Shown here: in pieces, positions 28,308-37,981 of the stretch
Layout: the number at the start of each line of letters is the position of its first letter
Numbering within the stretch: the first letter of the stretch is position 1
From: a virus
Taxonomy: Duplodnaviria; Caudoviricetes
Reading direction: 5' to 3' (one strand)
Length of the DNA stretch: 50,403 bases
Virus record (IMG/VR): IMGVR_UViG_3300046786_000301
Coordinates: 1-50,403 of that record
Program-made: the position numbers and the translations under genes
Notes under the pieces: model-generated
The model's input: the letters and a program-made list of their open reading frames with translations, nothing else
Told to the model about the DNA's origin: nothing
The model's database searches: none

Positions 28308-29141
28308 ATGAATATACTACACAGAGATACAGGACGAGTCCTGTTTACAGTAAGTGGTGAAAACCTTAGCGGGGCTGACCTTAGCGGGGCTGACCTTAGA
28401 GGGGCTGACCTTAGCAAGGCCTACCTTAGCGGGGCCTACCTTAGCAAGGCCTACCTTAGCGGGGCCAACCTTAGCGGGGCTGACCTTAGAGGGGCTGACC
28501 TTAGCGGGGCCTACCTTAGCAAGGCCTACCTTAGCGAGGCCAACCTTAGCAAGGCCTACCTTAGCGGGGCCTACCTTAGCAAGGCCTACCTTAGCGAGGC
28601 CAACCTTAGCAAGGCCAACCTTAGCGGGGCCTACCTTAGCGGGGCCAACCTTAGCGAGGCCAACCTTAGCGAGGCCAATCTTAGAGGGGCCATCCTTAGC
28701 TGGGCTGACCTTAGCGGGGCCAACCTTAGCGAGGCCAACCTTAGCGAGGCCAACCTTAGCGAGGCCAATCTTAGAGGGGCCATCCTTAGCTGGGCTGACC
28801 TTAGCGAGGCCCTTAATATTCCATCTATTCCTCACACAGTAATCACTCCTGAAGGTGAGTTAACTGTTTACAAGAAACTAAAGGAAGGGGTGGCTACTCT
28901 TTTAGTCCCAAAGAATGCCGCCAGATGTTCTGCAACGGGCAGGAGGTGTCGCGCAGAGTATGCTAAAGTTTTAGAACTTCCATGCGGGGTATTCATTGGA
29001 CATTCAAAGCATGACTCTTCGTTTACATATAAAGTAGGTGATATTGTGAGGCCCACTAAGCCCTTTGAAAAGAACCGCTGGATCGAGTGTGCCCCAGGCA
29101 TACACTTCTTTCTTACACGTGAGGAGGCTGAAAATTATTAA
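28308..29141 (+). CDS. pentapeptide-repeat protein with DUF5758-like C-terminal domain
   Basis: 30 A(D/N/Y)L(S/R)x repeats, then P.GE...YKK...L.VP..A.R..ATGR.CRAE.A.V...Y.VG..V....F...RW.EC..GIHFF.TREEA..Y. Confidence 0.88.
   Translation: MNILHRDTGRVLFTVSGENLSGADLSGADLRGADLSKAYLSGAYLSKAYLSGANLSGADLRGADLSGAYLSKAYLSEANLSKAYLSGAYLSKAYLSEANLSKANLSGAYLSGANLSEANLSEANLRGAILSWADLSGANLSEANLSEANLSEANLRGAILSWADLSEALNIPSIPHTVITPEGELTVYKKLKEGVATLLVPKNAARCSATGRRCRAEYAKVLELPCGVFIGHSKHDSSFTYKVGDIVRPTKPFEKNRWIECAPGIHFFLTREEAENY
28362..28811 (+). repeat. 30 x 15-bp tandem repeat (core CCTTAGC)
   Basis: Directly visible; encodes the pentapeptide repeats. Confidence 0.95.
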
Positions 29142-29328
29142 TGGCGTTAACATCCCTGCTGCTGACAATCATGGCAGGGCATTCCCATTCAACCAATCAG
29201 AACAGCAATATCTTGGACCTGCTTTGGTAGGAGGAAAGCTCTACCGCATGATGGTGTGGCTGAATGTTTCTAAAGACGGTCGATCATACGTTCGAGTTAC
29301 ATTTGAGGAACCAATTGATGGGGAATAA
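29134..29328 (+). CDS. small beta-rich protein resembling DUF736-like ssDNA-binding proteins; ATT start likely
   Basis: GAGGAGG 6 nt before ATT ATT AAT GGC; Y.G...V.GK.Y....W...SKDG.SY....F pattern. The track's TTG at 29065 lies deep inside the upstream gene. Confidence 0.6.
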   Translation: MINGVNIPAADNHGRAFPFNQSEQQYLGPALVGGKLYRMMVWLNVSKDGRSYVRVTFEEPIDGE

Positions 29329-29762
29329 TGAACATCCGTGAAGCCCTCATACAGCAACAGCCTATCCTTGCCCTGCAACGTGCTTCGGCAGATGAAATAG
29401 CTGGGTTGGATGCTGTTGTCCGTGAACTTCTTAAGAAGCTTAAGGTGCTCAGAAAGGCAAGAAAGGGGAAAGGAATGAAACTCTCTGATGCAAGCTGGAT
29501 TGCCCCATTGCTGCAAGCTGTTGCAGATGGCCAGAAGATTCAGATATACTGTGAAGAGGATGGACGGTGGTCTGACGCCACTACTAACATTATCTTTAAT
29601 AGGGGTCAAGAATGCTATCGAATAAATTTTGGGGTGTTGAAATATCGTCTGTATCTACGGAAACACGGTAATAGCTATTACGTGGTGGCCAAGCATGACC
29701 AGCCTGAGAAAACGCCTGGATTTGTCAAGTGGTTATGCGATTGGAAAGAGGTAGAAGTGTGA
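29328..29762 (+). CDS. hypothetical protein (144 aa)
   Basis: TAATG coupling; A.ADG.KIQ...W.D...YRI and FVKWL.DW motifs. Confidence 0.7.
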   Translation: MNIREALIQQQPILALQRASADEIAGLDAVVRELLKKLKVLRKARKGKGMKLSDASWIAPLLQAVADGQKIQIYCEEDGRWSDATTNIIFNRGQECYRINFGVLKYRLYLRKHGNSYYVVAKHDQPEKTPGFVKWLCDWKEVEV

Positions 29763-29783
29763 AAATTACTGTTAAGGACATTA

Positions 29784-29972
29784 ATGAAACCTATTGAATT
29801 TATCACTGATGTTGGGCAGTACAATGCCTCTGTCGGTATTGAAATGGAAGCTCGTGTCAATAAGGAACTAATCATTACAGATGGTGTGTTCCATTATGAG
29901 ATACTGAGCTACTATTGGACACCTAAAGGCATGTGCCTTGATATTCAAAAGAAAGAGGACAATGCCTATTGA
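29784..29972 (+). CDS. hypothetical protein (62 aa)
   Basis: AAGGA SD. Confidence 0.65.
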   Translation: MKPIEFITDVGQYNASVGIEMEARVNKELIITDGVFHYEILSYYWTPKGMCLDIQKKEDNAY

Positions 29973-30162
29973 CAACATCTCCACCATTGCCCTGCTTAAT
30001 GAGCTTAAGGCTCGTATGAGCAGCAAGCATGGAACCCAAGGTATTTCTCCCTGTGAATGGGAGGATTTGTACAGCCGCGCAGAAAAATTGCGCTGTAGAG
30101 AACAGAGCGTTGTTACTCAAGAGGAGCCCCTACCTACCATTGATTTCCAATGTGGCTGCTAA
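29962..30162 (+). CDS. hypothetical protein
   Basis: GAGGA SD before the ATG at 29962. Confidence 0.55.
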   Translation: MPIDNISTIALLNELKARMSSKHGTQGISPCEWEDLYSRAEKLRCREQSVVTQEEPLPTIDFQCGC

Positions 30163-30238
30163 GCCTTCTTGAAAAGGGACTGCTTCAAGTTCTGTTCATA
30201 TTATTTGCTATTGTCATCTTCTTCATCTAAGGATTTAT

Positions 30239-30421
30239 ATGTCAGTCGTCATCAAGTGTAAGTGTCCATCAACTACTCCTGCCGCACAGTATCAGGATAC
30301 TACATACGGTATTGGTATGCGGGTGGCTAACAAAACTGAGAAAGGGGATCAGCAAAGTACAGATGTTCGCTGCACCATCTGTAACCAAGTTACCCGCGTC
30401 CCCAATTCACAGCGCAAATAA
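30239..30421 (+). CDS. small Zn-ribbon protein (60 aa)
   Basis: CKC...YQD..YG.GMRV.N...RCTIC. Confidence 0.75.
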   Translation: MSVVIKCKCPSTTPAAQYQDTTYGIGMRVANKTEKGDQQSTDVRCTICNQVTRVPNSQRK

Positions 30422-30430
30422 TAAGGATAT

Positions 30431-30598
30431 ATGTCTACAACTTCTCGTCGTATTTCGCAGGCTGCCAGTAAAAGCCGCCCCTCCCGTACCACCTCCGGTC
30501 GTGCCAAGATTTACATTGCCATTCCCCCCAAGGAAGGCTGGCCTGCTTTCACTGGTGGAAATTGGGCTGCTCTTGGTCTTCGCTCACGCAAGGGCTAA
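30431..30598 (+). CDS. small basic protein (55 aa)
   Basis: AAGGA SD; MSTTSRRISQ...RSRKG; missed by the track. Confidence 0.55.
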   Translation: MSTTSRRISQAASKSRPSRTTSGRAKIYIAIPPKEGWPAFTGGNWAALGLRSRKG

Positions 30599-30599
30599 T

Positions 30600-30800
30600 A
30601 TGCAAGTCATTAAGCACATTAATGGTATGTACGACTGCTTCAGTGGTTCTGGCTACGGGATGCACACACGCATCCAGGTGGGCAGGTCACAAAATGGGTC
30701 GATCATCTGCCGCTTCATCGCTGGCCAACGCCTGCCAAATAACGTGGTGAGGAGCCTTGTTAATGGCCTTAATACTGTCTCCCACTACCAAACTCTGTAA
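30600..30800 (+). CDS. hypothetical protein
   Basis: ATG at 30600 (MQVIKHINGMYDCF.G.GY..HTR). Confidence 0.6.
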   Translation: MQVIKHINGMYDCFSGSGYGMHTRIQVGRSQNGSIICRFIAGQRLPNNVVRSLVNGLNTVSHYQTL

Positions 30801-30806
30801 GGCCAT

Positions 30807-31118
30807 ATGACTTTCAAACCCTTCTTTATTCACATTAACCCAAACCAGCCTGGTGTGTTGCATGGCCGTAAGCTGCGTGCTGTCACTGTGCGTGTGTCTC
30901 CCAACATGGAAGATGCTATGGCCTGCAATGTGCAGGTGGCTATGTGCAGCAAGAATGATCAATTTGTTAAGGACATTGGCCGCACCATTGCCAGCGCCAG
31001 CATGGCTCACACTGTTAACAAGCGTGCTCTGCCTGGTAAGTTGGCGGAGTTGCACATGTTATGTGGTGAGGATGTTCATACCTATGAATATAACTACACT
31101 CTGCGTAACTTCCTTTAA
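30807..31118 (+). CDS. hypothetical protein (103 aa)
   Basis: A.CS.NDQF.K.IGR.IA motif common in phage early proteins. Confidence 0.75.
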   Translation: MTFKPFFIHINPNQPGVLHGRKLRAVTVRVSPNMEDAMACNVQVAMCSKNDQFVKDIGRTIASASMAHTVNKRALPGKLAELHMLCGEDVHTYEYNYTLRNFL

Positions 31119-31126
31119 GGACATTA

Positions 31127-31573
31127 ATGTTTTCCCACTCTATCTGGAAGGTGAAACCTGCCCCTGAGCCGGTTCGTTCTTGGCAAGGCCACAACATAAA
31201 CAAGCTGGCTCCTTTTGCCAGTGCCTTTTTATATAAGGCTTTCCTGGAAACTGAAGCAAAGTTCCACAAGGGGCAGTTCATTACCTGGGCCTCAGCACCA
31301 AGCCTAGTTAATGCACAGTATGCCTGTGTCATCCTTGTACTGGATATTGAGCAGGATTCTGGGGTGTTGTCCTATGACAATTACACAGGCTTGCCTAAGT
31401 ATCTCTATCTGCAATCCATATACCTGTCCAACAATGTATCTGGACAGAAGAAATGGGATGATGAGAAAACCTACCGAGTTCTAACGGCTGAGGAAGTTGA
31501 ATGGGTTAAGGCTAATGATCTCATACAAAATCGTATCAAAGAAACAGCCCCAAACTTCGTCCCCAAATATTAA
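31127..31573 (+). CDS. hypothetical protein (148 aa)
   Basis: AAGGA SD. Confidence 0.7.
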   Translation: MFSHSIWKVKPAPEPVRSWQGHNINKLAPFASAFLYKAFLETEAKFHKGQFITWASAPSLVNAQYACVILVLDIEQDSGVLSYDNYTGLPKYLYLQSIYLSNNVSGQKKWDDEKTYRVLTAEEVEWVKANDLIQNRIKETAPNFVPKY

Positions 31574-31787
31574 GCTGTTTGAGGATGCCCTGAAACGATG
31601 TACCTTTAAGGCAGGGGATCGCATTAAGGTGCGAGGCACTGCTAACAAGGGCATCATCACAACTATTGGACAATCTGTTAATGACATATCATGGGAAGGG
31701 AAGATGCCGCGATTTATTGCCATTAAGCTGGACGATAACAAAGAGTTTCTTGTTTCCCCCAATCAAATCAAACGGAGCTATTCATGA
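31515..31787 (+). CDS. hypothetical SH3-like protein
   Basis: FKAGDRIKV...G.I pattern. Confidence 0.6.
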   Translation: MISYKIVSKKQPQTSSPNIKLFEDALKRCTFKAGDRIKVRGTANKGIITTIGQSVNDISWEGKMPRFIAIKLDDNKEFLVSPNQIKRSYS

Positions 31788-32071
31788 ATAGGTTTGGATT
31801 TGTTCTTCTCCCTGAGCGTGGAAATCGCCGGGAATTCTTTCTGAGTAACAATGCTGGTTGGGCTGTTCATTCTGACCACTCTGATGCAAGAAAAGCCCCT
31901 GCCGCCGTGTGGTTTGATACAGCCCAACGTCGTGACCTAGCAATGAATGAGGCTGCCACCACATGGCCAGGAAATATTTTCTGCCCTGTGGAAGTTACTA
32001 ATGGAATTAAGTGTGTTCCCGGCCCCCTGGCCAACTACAACATCAATGAACGAGGAGTGTTGCCCCGATGA
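31784..32071 (+). CDS. hypothetical protein (95 aa)
   Basis: GGAG SD; ATGA coupling. Confidence 0.65.
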   Translation: MNRFGFVLLPERGNRREFFLSNNAGWAVHSDHSDARKAPAAVWFDTAQRRDLAMNEAATTWPGNIFCPVEVTNGIKCVPGPLANYNINERGVLPR

Positions 32072-32694
32072 ATTTGTATTCTGGCATGTACGATAGTTTC
32101 CACCCACTTGACATTTTCTTCCCTAATGCGGGACAAGTAGTGGCTCGTGAGCCTAGCGATTTACAAGGCCCCGGTATCCTCATCATCCATGGCGGGGAAG
32201 ACATTAGCCCATCGCTATACAACAAAGGCCGATCACGACGAACCTATGCCGATGAGGTACCAAGCTATCGGGATAAAGCAGAGTGGGCTCTCATTCAGGA
32301 GGCTATCAAGCAGAAAATCTTTATCTTTGGCATTTGCCGAGGTGCTCAGATGCTCTGTGCTGCCTCAGGGGGCTATCTCATTCAGGATGTAACCAACCAT
32401 GCTGGCTCAGGCCACATGGTGTACACTAACAAGGGTAAGTTTCGGGTGAACAGCCTGCACCATCAAATGCAAGCACCTTGGGATGTGGAACACCAGATAT
32501 TAGCTGTCAGTGAACCTCTTAGCAAGCATTTCCTGGATGTGGATAATGATATTAAGGTGCCTAATGAGCCAGAGGCGGTATACTATCCCACCATTAATGG
32601 TCTTGGTGTACAGTGGCACCCTGAGATGATGTATGAAAATACTAACGCAAACTTGTGGATCAAAGAAACTTTGAAGGAGTATGTCCATGAATAA
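32068..32694 (+). CDS. class I glutamine amidotransferase / peptidase C26 (gamma-glutamyl hydrolase-like)
   Basis: GGEDISPSLY, RD..E, GICRGAQ, VNSLHHQ, GVQWHPE. Confidence 0.9.
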   Translation: MNLYSGMYDSFHPLDIFFPNAGQVVAREPSDLQGPGILIIHGGEDISPSLYNKGRSRRTYADEVPSYRDKAEWALIQEAIKQKIFIFGICRGAQMLCAASGGYLIQDVTNHAGSGHMVYTNKGKFRVNSLHHQMQAPWDVEHQILAVSEPLSKHFLDVDNDIKVPNEPEAVYYPTINGLGVQWHPEMMYENTNANLWIKETLKEYVHE

Positions 32695-33346
32695 ACTTGC
32701 TTGTATGGTTGACTATCCTGATAATTCGGGTTGTATTGCCCATGTAGACAGCATGTATTCTCAAGGGTACATTTCCAACTGTTGTGGGGCATGGTCCACC
32801 ACAAACCTAGCAGATTGGAAGCGTGTTTCCACAGGCATTACTGTGTACATAGGCCCCGAAGATGAGGAACTTCCTGAGGATGATGAGTGGAATAGACACA
32901 CTAAGCTGAAAGGCTTCGATGGTGACTTTATTTACATTAAGGAGTTGCTGAAGGGGTATGAAGTAGAGTACAATGAGTTTGGGGATGATGTTACGGAGAA
33001 CACATATCCGTTCCCTCAAGAAGCAGAACGTGATTACTACGCCTACTACAATGGTTTGAAGAACCCTAAGGAAACTTCATACTGCTCCGTTCATTTGGCT
33101 TCAGGGTGGAAAACTCCTCGGTACACTGAGGGTCTTACAAAAATACTTAAGAATCACAAGCTGGCTTTCTTCATTGTTACTGCTGATCAATTTCAGAAGG
33201 AGGAGATATTTAAATATGGTATTGAACTGATGGACAGGATGCCTGATTTCTGGAGGGCTAAGAGCTTTGCACAGAATGGCAACTACCCTGACGCAAAACC
33301 CAACCTTATGCTCATCATTAAGGAGATTAACCATGAGCAAGTTTAA
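32681..33346 (+). CDS. hypothetical protein (221 aa)
   Basis: Coupled ORF inside the amidoligase cluster; SNCCGA motif. Confidence 0.7.
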   Translation: MSMNKLACMVDYPDNSGCIAHVDSMYSQGYISNCCGAWSTTNLADWKRVSTGITVYIGPEDEELPEDDEWNRHTKLKGFDGDFIYIKELLKGYEVEYNEFGDDVTENTYPFPQEAERDYYAYYNGLKNPKETSYCSVHLASGWKTPRYTEGLTKILKNHKLAFFIVTADQFQKEEIFKYGIELMDRMPDFWRAKSFAQNGNYPDAKPNLMLIIKEINHEQV

Positions 33347-34121
33347 ACTCGGATGTGATCCTGAGATTTTTCTGGCTGACGCCGCCGGTGTGTTGCGTAG
33401 CTCCATTGGCCGAATTGGCGGATCAAAGGAGATGCCGATTCCACTCCCCTTGGGGGATGGCTATGCCGTGCAGGAAGACAATGTGGCTGTTGAGTTTAAT
33501 ACTCCTGCTGCTAGTTCCCGTGAAGCATGGGATAATTCCATTGCTTCCACTGTGGAATTCTTGGAAAACCATGTGCGAGAGAAGTATGGTTTCCATTTCT
33601 CCACTTTGTCCGCAGGCCTGTTCAACCCTGAAGAACTGGCTGATCCACGTGCTTTGGAATTTGGCTGTGATCCCGATTTCAATGTGTGGACTGGTAAGCA
33701 GAATCCTCGCCCGAAGGCTGTAGAAGCCACCCTGCGTAGCTGTGGTGGCCATGTCCATGTGGGCTATCAATTCAAGAGTGGTACGGAGGCTATGCGACTA
33801 CTTAAGCTCATGGACTTGCACCTCGGAGTAGGGTCGATCATTATAGACGAGGGCCAACTGCGTAAGCAACTCTATGGCAAGGCCGGGGCTTTCCGCACCA
33901 AGCCCTATGGGATTGAGTATCGTACCCTTAGCAACTTCTGGATTTTCGATAAGTCGCTTCGTAATTGGGTTTGGGACAACACTACAAAAGCAATGGAAGC
34001 ATTGTCAACAGACTTTGATATTGACAGTCTCCAAAAGCCAATTACCGAGGCCATTAATAGGAATAACAAGGCCCTTGCTATGGAACTCATAGGCACCTAC
34101 AACATTGGGATGCCTGCGTAA
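33333..34121 (+). CDS. phiEco32-like COOH-NH2 ligase type 2
   Basis: LGCDPEIF, IGG.K..P, QEDNV..EFN, FGCDPD.N.W, RSCGGHVHVG, R..LYG.AG..R.KPYG.EYRTLSNFW. Confidence 0.9.
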   Translation: MSKFKLGCDPEIFLADAAGVLRSSIGRIGGSKEMPIPLPLGDGYAVQEDNVAVEFNTPAASSREAWDNSIASTVEFLENHVREKYGFHFSTLSAGLFNPEELADPRALEFGCDPDFNVWTGKQNPRPKAVEATLRSCGGHVHVGYQFKSGTEAMRLLKLMDLHLGVGSIIIDEGQLRKQLYGKAGAFRTKPYGIEYRTLSNFWIFDKSLRNWVWDNTTKAMEALSTDFDIDSLQKPITEAINRNNKALAMELIGTYNIGMPA

Positions 34122-34696
34122 TGAGAGATACTTGTTCTAGAGGCTCTATTCGAGACTTCAGGCAGCGCTACCAGGGCACCATTGGCTCTTTCATCAAAGA
34201 TAGTGGGGACAAGATGTTCGTTTGGATTACCGAAGTCACCGATAGGCAGGTGGAATTCCAAGATACTAATGGAAATACCTACACCGCTATCCATGATAAT
34301 GGTGTAACATTCGAGTTTACTCAGGTTCCTTTGGGCTGGTTCAATAGCTCCAAAGGCCCTCTGTTTGTGTGTCGTAGGCCTGCTAGGCAATATCAGCGAG
34401 GCATTTCCCCGGGCAATACTTTCATAATTGGAGTAAATGGGAGTACCATTAGTGTCAACTTGGAAACAATAGCAGACATTTATACCTACTCGGAGAAATA
34501 TTCTCCAACTATGATGGCTTGGGCATTGAGTAAACACTTTGCCTATAATAACAATCATTTCTATTTCTATAACACTGTCATTGGTACTATTGACCAAAAG
34601 ACTAGTGTCATTAAGCTAAAGACAAACTTATATGTACAAGAGGTTTCAGATTGTGTCAAACGTAATGGGCTTCCCTTTACCGTGGAGGTTGCATGA
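34121..34696 (+). CDS. hypothetical protein (191 aa)
   Basis: R.P.RQY.RGI motif; coupled ORF. Confidence 0.7.
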   Translation: MRDTCSRGSIRDFRQRYQGTIGSFIKDSGDKMFVWITEVTDRQVEFQDTNGNTYTAIHDNGVTFEFTQVPLGWFNSSKGPLFVCRRPARQYQRGISPGNTFIIGVNGSTISVNLETIADIYTYSEKYSPTMMAWALSKHFAYNNNHFYFYNTVIGTIDQKTSVIKLKTNLYVQEVSDCVKRNGLPFTVEVA

Positions 34697-35751
34697 CTAT
34701 TGCTAAAGATATTGGTCTAAATATTCCAACTCCATATGTCTTGAAGAAGCTCCTTGTAGAGCCTGTTATTGGTGCTGACCCAGACCTCATGTATGGTGTG
34801 GAATTGGAGATTGAGAACCTAAATCCTGAGGTGTCTAAGGGAGACTTCTGCGTAGCAGGAACTGTGTTCCATGAGGATGGAAGCCTGCGTAACAACGGCG
34901 GAGAGTATGTCACTAAGCCCATGAAGCTACGTGAGTTGCAATATGTGCTCAATCAGTTCTTCAGGAAGAACCAGTTTAATGAGGATAACTACTCCGAGCG
35001 TTGCTCTGTCCATGTTCATGCCAATGTGGGCGATATGGAATGGGAGCAGGTGAAGACTCTGATACTTGTCTACCAGGTGTTTGAGCGTAGCCTATTCAGT
35101 TTCATTGGAGGGGAACGAGACAAGAACATCTTTTGTGTCCCTCTGTATGACACCCAGCTAACTCAGAACCTAATAGATCGTAAGGGCTCAGACGTTGCTG
35201 GTAAGTGGAAAAGCTGGGAGAAGTACACAGCATTGAATTTGCTACCTATCTTCTCTCAAACCACTATAGAGTTTCGCCACATGGGTGGCACCTGTGACCT
35301 TAATAGGATTATGTTGTGGTGCAACATCATTGGATGCTTGTTTGCTTTTGCTAAGCGAGAGTCCTTCGAGGAGGCTTCCAAGTATTTCCTGTCTCTGAAC
35401 ACTACCAGCGCCTATAAGGAGGCTGTGTTCCGTGTGTTTGGTGAGTGGTCGTATGTCTTGTTGTCTCTGCCAACTCATGAGCAAGATATGGAAGATGGTG
35501 TACTAACTGCCAAGTATGCTTGTGGCGATAAGGTTGTAAATAAGACTCATATTTGGCTCGGCACTGCCGCCACCATGGATGCTGTTATAGAGGCTGGGCG
35601 ACTCATACCGACGACGAGGTGGCCGTATCAACCTCCAATTATAGACAACCAAACTCGGTGGATTAGGGATGAAATACTAAATGAGCAGAATGAAATAACT
35701 GTGGGACGACTTGATGCATGGTTAACTAACCAAGATGAGAGAATTGTCTAA
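34693..35751 (+). CDS. putative amidoligase (Amidoligase_2)
   Basis: GVELEIE, DGSLR...EYV, S.HVH.N, KY.ALN, TIEFRH. Confidence 0.88.
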   Translation: MTIAKDIGLNIPTPYVLKKLLVEPVIGADPDLMYGVELEIENLNPEVSKGDFCVAGTVFHEDGSLRNNGGEYVTKPMKLRELQYVLNQFFRKNQFNEDNYSERCSVHVHANVGDMEWEQVKTLILVYQVFERSLFSFIGGERDKNIFCVPLYDTQLTQNLIDRKGSDVAGKWKSWEKYTALNLLPIFSQTTIEFRHMGGTCDLNRIMLWCNIIGCLFAFAKRESFEEASKYFLSLNTTSAYKEAVFRVFGEWSYVLLSLPTHEQDMEDGVLTAKYACGDKVVNKTHIWLGTAATMDAVIEAGRLIPTTRWPYQPPIIDNQTRWIRDEILNEQNEITVGRLDAWLTNQDERIV

Positions 35752-36995
35752 TGTGTGGCCTCGTCGGTCTTATTACTGGAGCTAAAAATGGCTTTGACTA
35801 TCCAGAGACTAAGATGTTTCGTGATATGCTCTACATGGACGCTATGCGGGGCACAGATGCCACTGGCGTCATGTATGGCACCAACCTGAACAATGTGCAT
35901 GTACACAAGGCTGCAATGCCTTCCTGGAACTTTATGGGCACTAAGGAATGGGGTGATACTGAAACTGTTTTGACTAGCAAAGGTAAATGGGCCTTTGGTC
36001 ATAACCGTGCTGCCACCCGTGGTGACAAGGGTGCTGACAAGAATGCTCATCCGTTTGTTGTTGATGACAAAATTATCCTGATGCAGAATGGCACTTATCG
36101 TGGTAGCCATAAGCACCATAAGGATGTGGAGGTGGACACTGAGGCATGTGCTCATGTTATCCTTGAGTCTGAGTCTATTGAGAAAGCTTTGCAAAGCATT
36201 AATGCTGCTTATGCTTTCATCTGGTATGATGTTGAGAAGGAGACCATTAATGTTATTAGGAATGAAGAGCGGCCTCTGTACATTGGTTACTTGAAGAATG
36301 GGGGTATTGCCTTTGCCTCTGAGAAATACCTACTCATGGCTGCTGCTGAACGAAATAGTGTGGAGCTCAAACGAGAGCCCTACATGATTATGGATGGGCA
36401 GCTATGTTCCTATAACTTTAGTGAAGATGAGTTTAAGGAGGAGTATGAAACTGTTGATGGTAAGTTCCGACAGGTTTTTCCATTCCAGGCTACTCGGGCA
36501 ACTGGCGAGGAGGTTTACACGGGGAATGTGAAGCTTTTGCCGAGTACTACGGTTATTAACCACCCCCGTAGTAATAAGCATGATCGCATTGCAATTTTTG
36601 ATGCTATTAACTATCTACAACATGGCTTGGGTGCTAGCCGTACTGAGGAAATTGTCAAGTATTTGGAATCTTTCTATCTAGACCCTGCTAATCGAAATAC
36701 CAAATATACTATTGAAGGTATTGACTATGTAAAGATTAGGGAGATGGATGCCTCTGATGACCAATATTACATCTTTGGAACTATCTGCTCTGACGATTAT
36801 CTAAATGGTGAGTTGGTTGTGTGGACTATTCAAGGAGAGAGCGAGTCCCGTGTCATGCACTATACTAGCAGCTTCTTCCAAGGCTACATCAACCACCTGT
36901 GCCGCAAGACTATAAATCATGGAACCCTCACCTGTTTCATCATGAAAGATATTGAAGTAGTGTGTATATTACCGGAGAACTCTTATGCGCAATAA
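35751..36995 (+). CDS. class II (Ntn) glutamine amidotransferase
   Basis: MCGLVG, RG.DATG, GHNRAATRG, NAHPF, VDTE, RN.ERPL, FASE. Confidence 0.92.
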   Translation: MCGLVGLITGAKNGFDYPETKMFRDMLYMDAMRGTDATGVMYGTNLNNVHVHKAAMPSWNFMGTKEWGDTETVLTSKGKWAFGHNRAATRGDKGADKNAHPFVVDDKIILMQNGTYRGSHKHHKDVEVDTEACAHVILESESIEKALQSINAAYAFIWYDVEKETINVIRNEERPLYIGYLKNGGIAFASEKYLLMAAAERNSVELKREPYMIMDGQLCSYNFSEDEFKEEYETVDGKFRQVFPFQATRATGEEVYTGNVKLLPSTTVINHPRSNKHDRIAIFDAINYLQHGLGASRTEEIVKYLESFYLDPANRNTKYTIEGIDYVKIREMDASDDQYYIFGTICSDDYLNGELVVWTIQGESESRVMHYTSSFFQGYINHLCRKTINHGTLTCFIMKDIEVVCILPENSYAQ

Positions 36996-37698
36996 GCTTT
37001 TCATTGCTGTTAATCCTGTAGGCTCTGGCTTTGCCAAAGCCTTGCAAGCAGGACTATCAGTTAAGGGCATTAAGGCCCTTCGAGTCGATAACGAGCGCGG
37101 AATGCAGCTATGGCTTAATGGCCGCTATGTATTCTTTGTTACTCAGAAAACTCTCAACAAGGTGGAGCAATTCCATGCATTCAATCAAGCCGGAGTCTCT
37201 TGCCCTAAGTACACTACAACAAGTGACGGAGCTAAGGAACTCGGCGTCAAAACTCTATTTGCAAGGACTCTTATCTCCAGCACAGGCGGACGAGGTATTG
37301 TTGAGTTTGACACTGATACGGAAAACTATCCAAGGGCTCCACTCTACACTGAGTACATCCCCAAGAAAGCCGAGTATCGAATCCACGTCTTCGAGGGAAA
37401 AGTAATTGATAGGCAACAGAAGAAAAAAAAGCGGGGTTTCGAGGAAGATAGGAACACTCGTGTTAGTAACCTTAGTAATGGTTATGTTTATACTCGGGAT
37501 GCTATTGTATTGCCTGAAAATATTGAAGCGTTGGCTGTCAAGGCAGTGGAAGCTTGCCGATACAGCTATGGAGCGGTAGATATTATTTACAACGAGAAGC
37601 GTAACCAGTGCTATGTGCTTGAGGTCAACTCAAGACCGGGCCTGATGGGCACTACGCTGGGCAATTACATTAATGCTATTAAGGAGTATGTGATATAA
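36985..37698 (+). CDS. ATP-grasp ligase (RimK/glutathione synthetase-like)
   Basis: GGRGI, EYRIHVF, YGAVDI, LEVNSRPG. Confidence 0.88.
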   Translation: MRNKLFIAVNPVGSGFAKALQAGLSVKGIKALRVDNERGMQLWLNGRYVFFVTQKTLNKVEQFHAFNQAGVSCPKYTTTSDGAKELGVKTLFARTLISSTGGRGIVEFDTDTENYPRAPLYTEYIPKKAEYRIHVFEGKVIDRQQKKKKRGFEEDRNTRVSNLSNGYVYTRDAIVLPENIEALAVKAVEACRYSYGAVDIIYNEKRNQCYVLEVNSRPGLMGTTLGNYINAIKEYVI

Positions 37699-37847
37699 AT
37701 AAATACCTGTACCTATTTCTGTTTGCTAGTATTAATTGGATTGATGCTACAGTGTTGCTTCTATCCTTTGGATTATACGACCCATCATTAGCATTCAGAT
37801 TTGCACCTTGGAAAACTATCTGGTTCAGAAATATCCTGGGGACATGA
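37695..37847 (+). CDS. small hydrophobic protein (50 aa), ATA start
   Basis: AAGGAG 8 nt upstream; ATA overlaps the upstream TAA (ATAA); its stop overlaps the next ATG. Confidence 0.5.
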   Translation: MNKYLYLFLFASINWIDATVLLLSFGLYDPSLAFRFAPWKTIWFRNILGT

Positions 37848-37981
37848 AGAAAAAACCTATGAACTTTGAACAATGGTGGGAAGCCTACTGCTCTAATGGG
37901 TTTTGGGAAGGTTCTTGTGAAGAGTGTCCTGGATATGGGGACGCTCTTAGAATTTGGAAAGCTGCACAGGAGAATATGTAA
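37844..37981 (+). CDS. small protein (45 aa)
   Basis: FEQWW...W.AA motif; coupled on both sides. Confidence 0.6.
   Translation: MKKKPMNFEQWWEAYCSNGFWEGSCEECPGYGDALRIWKAAQENM

Noticed and set aside
28317-28842. Alternative-frame and antisense ORFs (172 aa, 162 aa) and a CRISPR-like appearance
   Set aside because: By-products of a stop-free 15-bp coding tandem repeat; no unique spacers and no cas genes.
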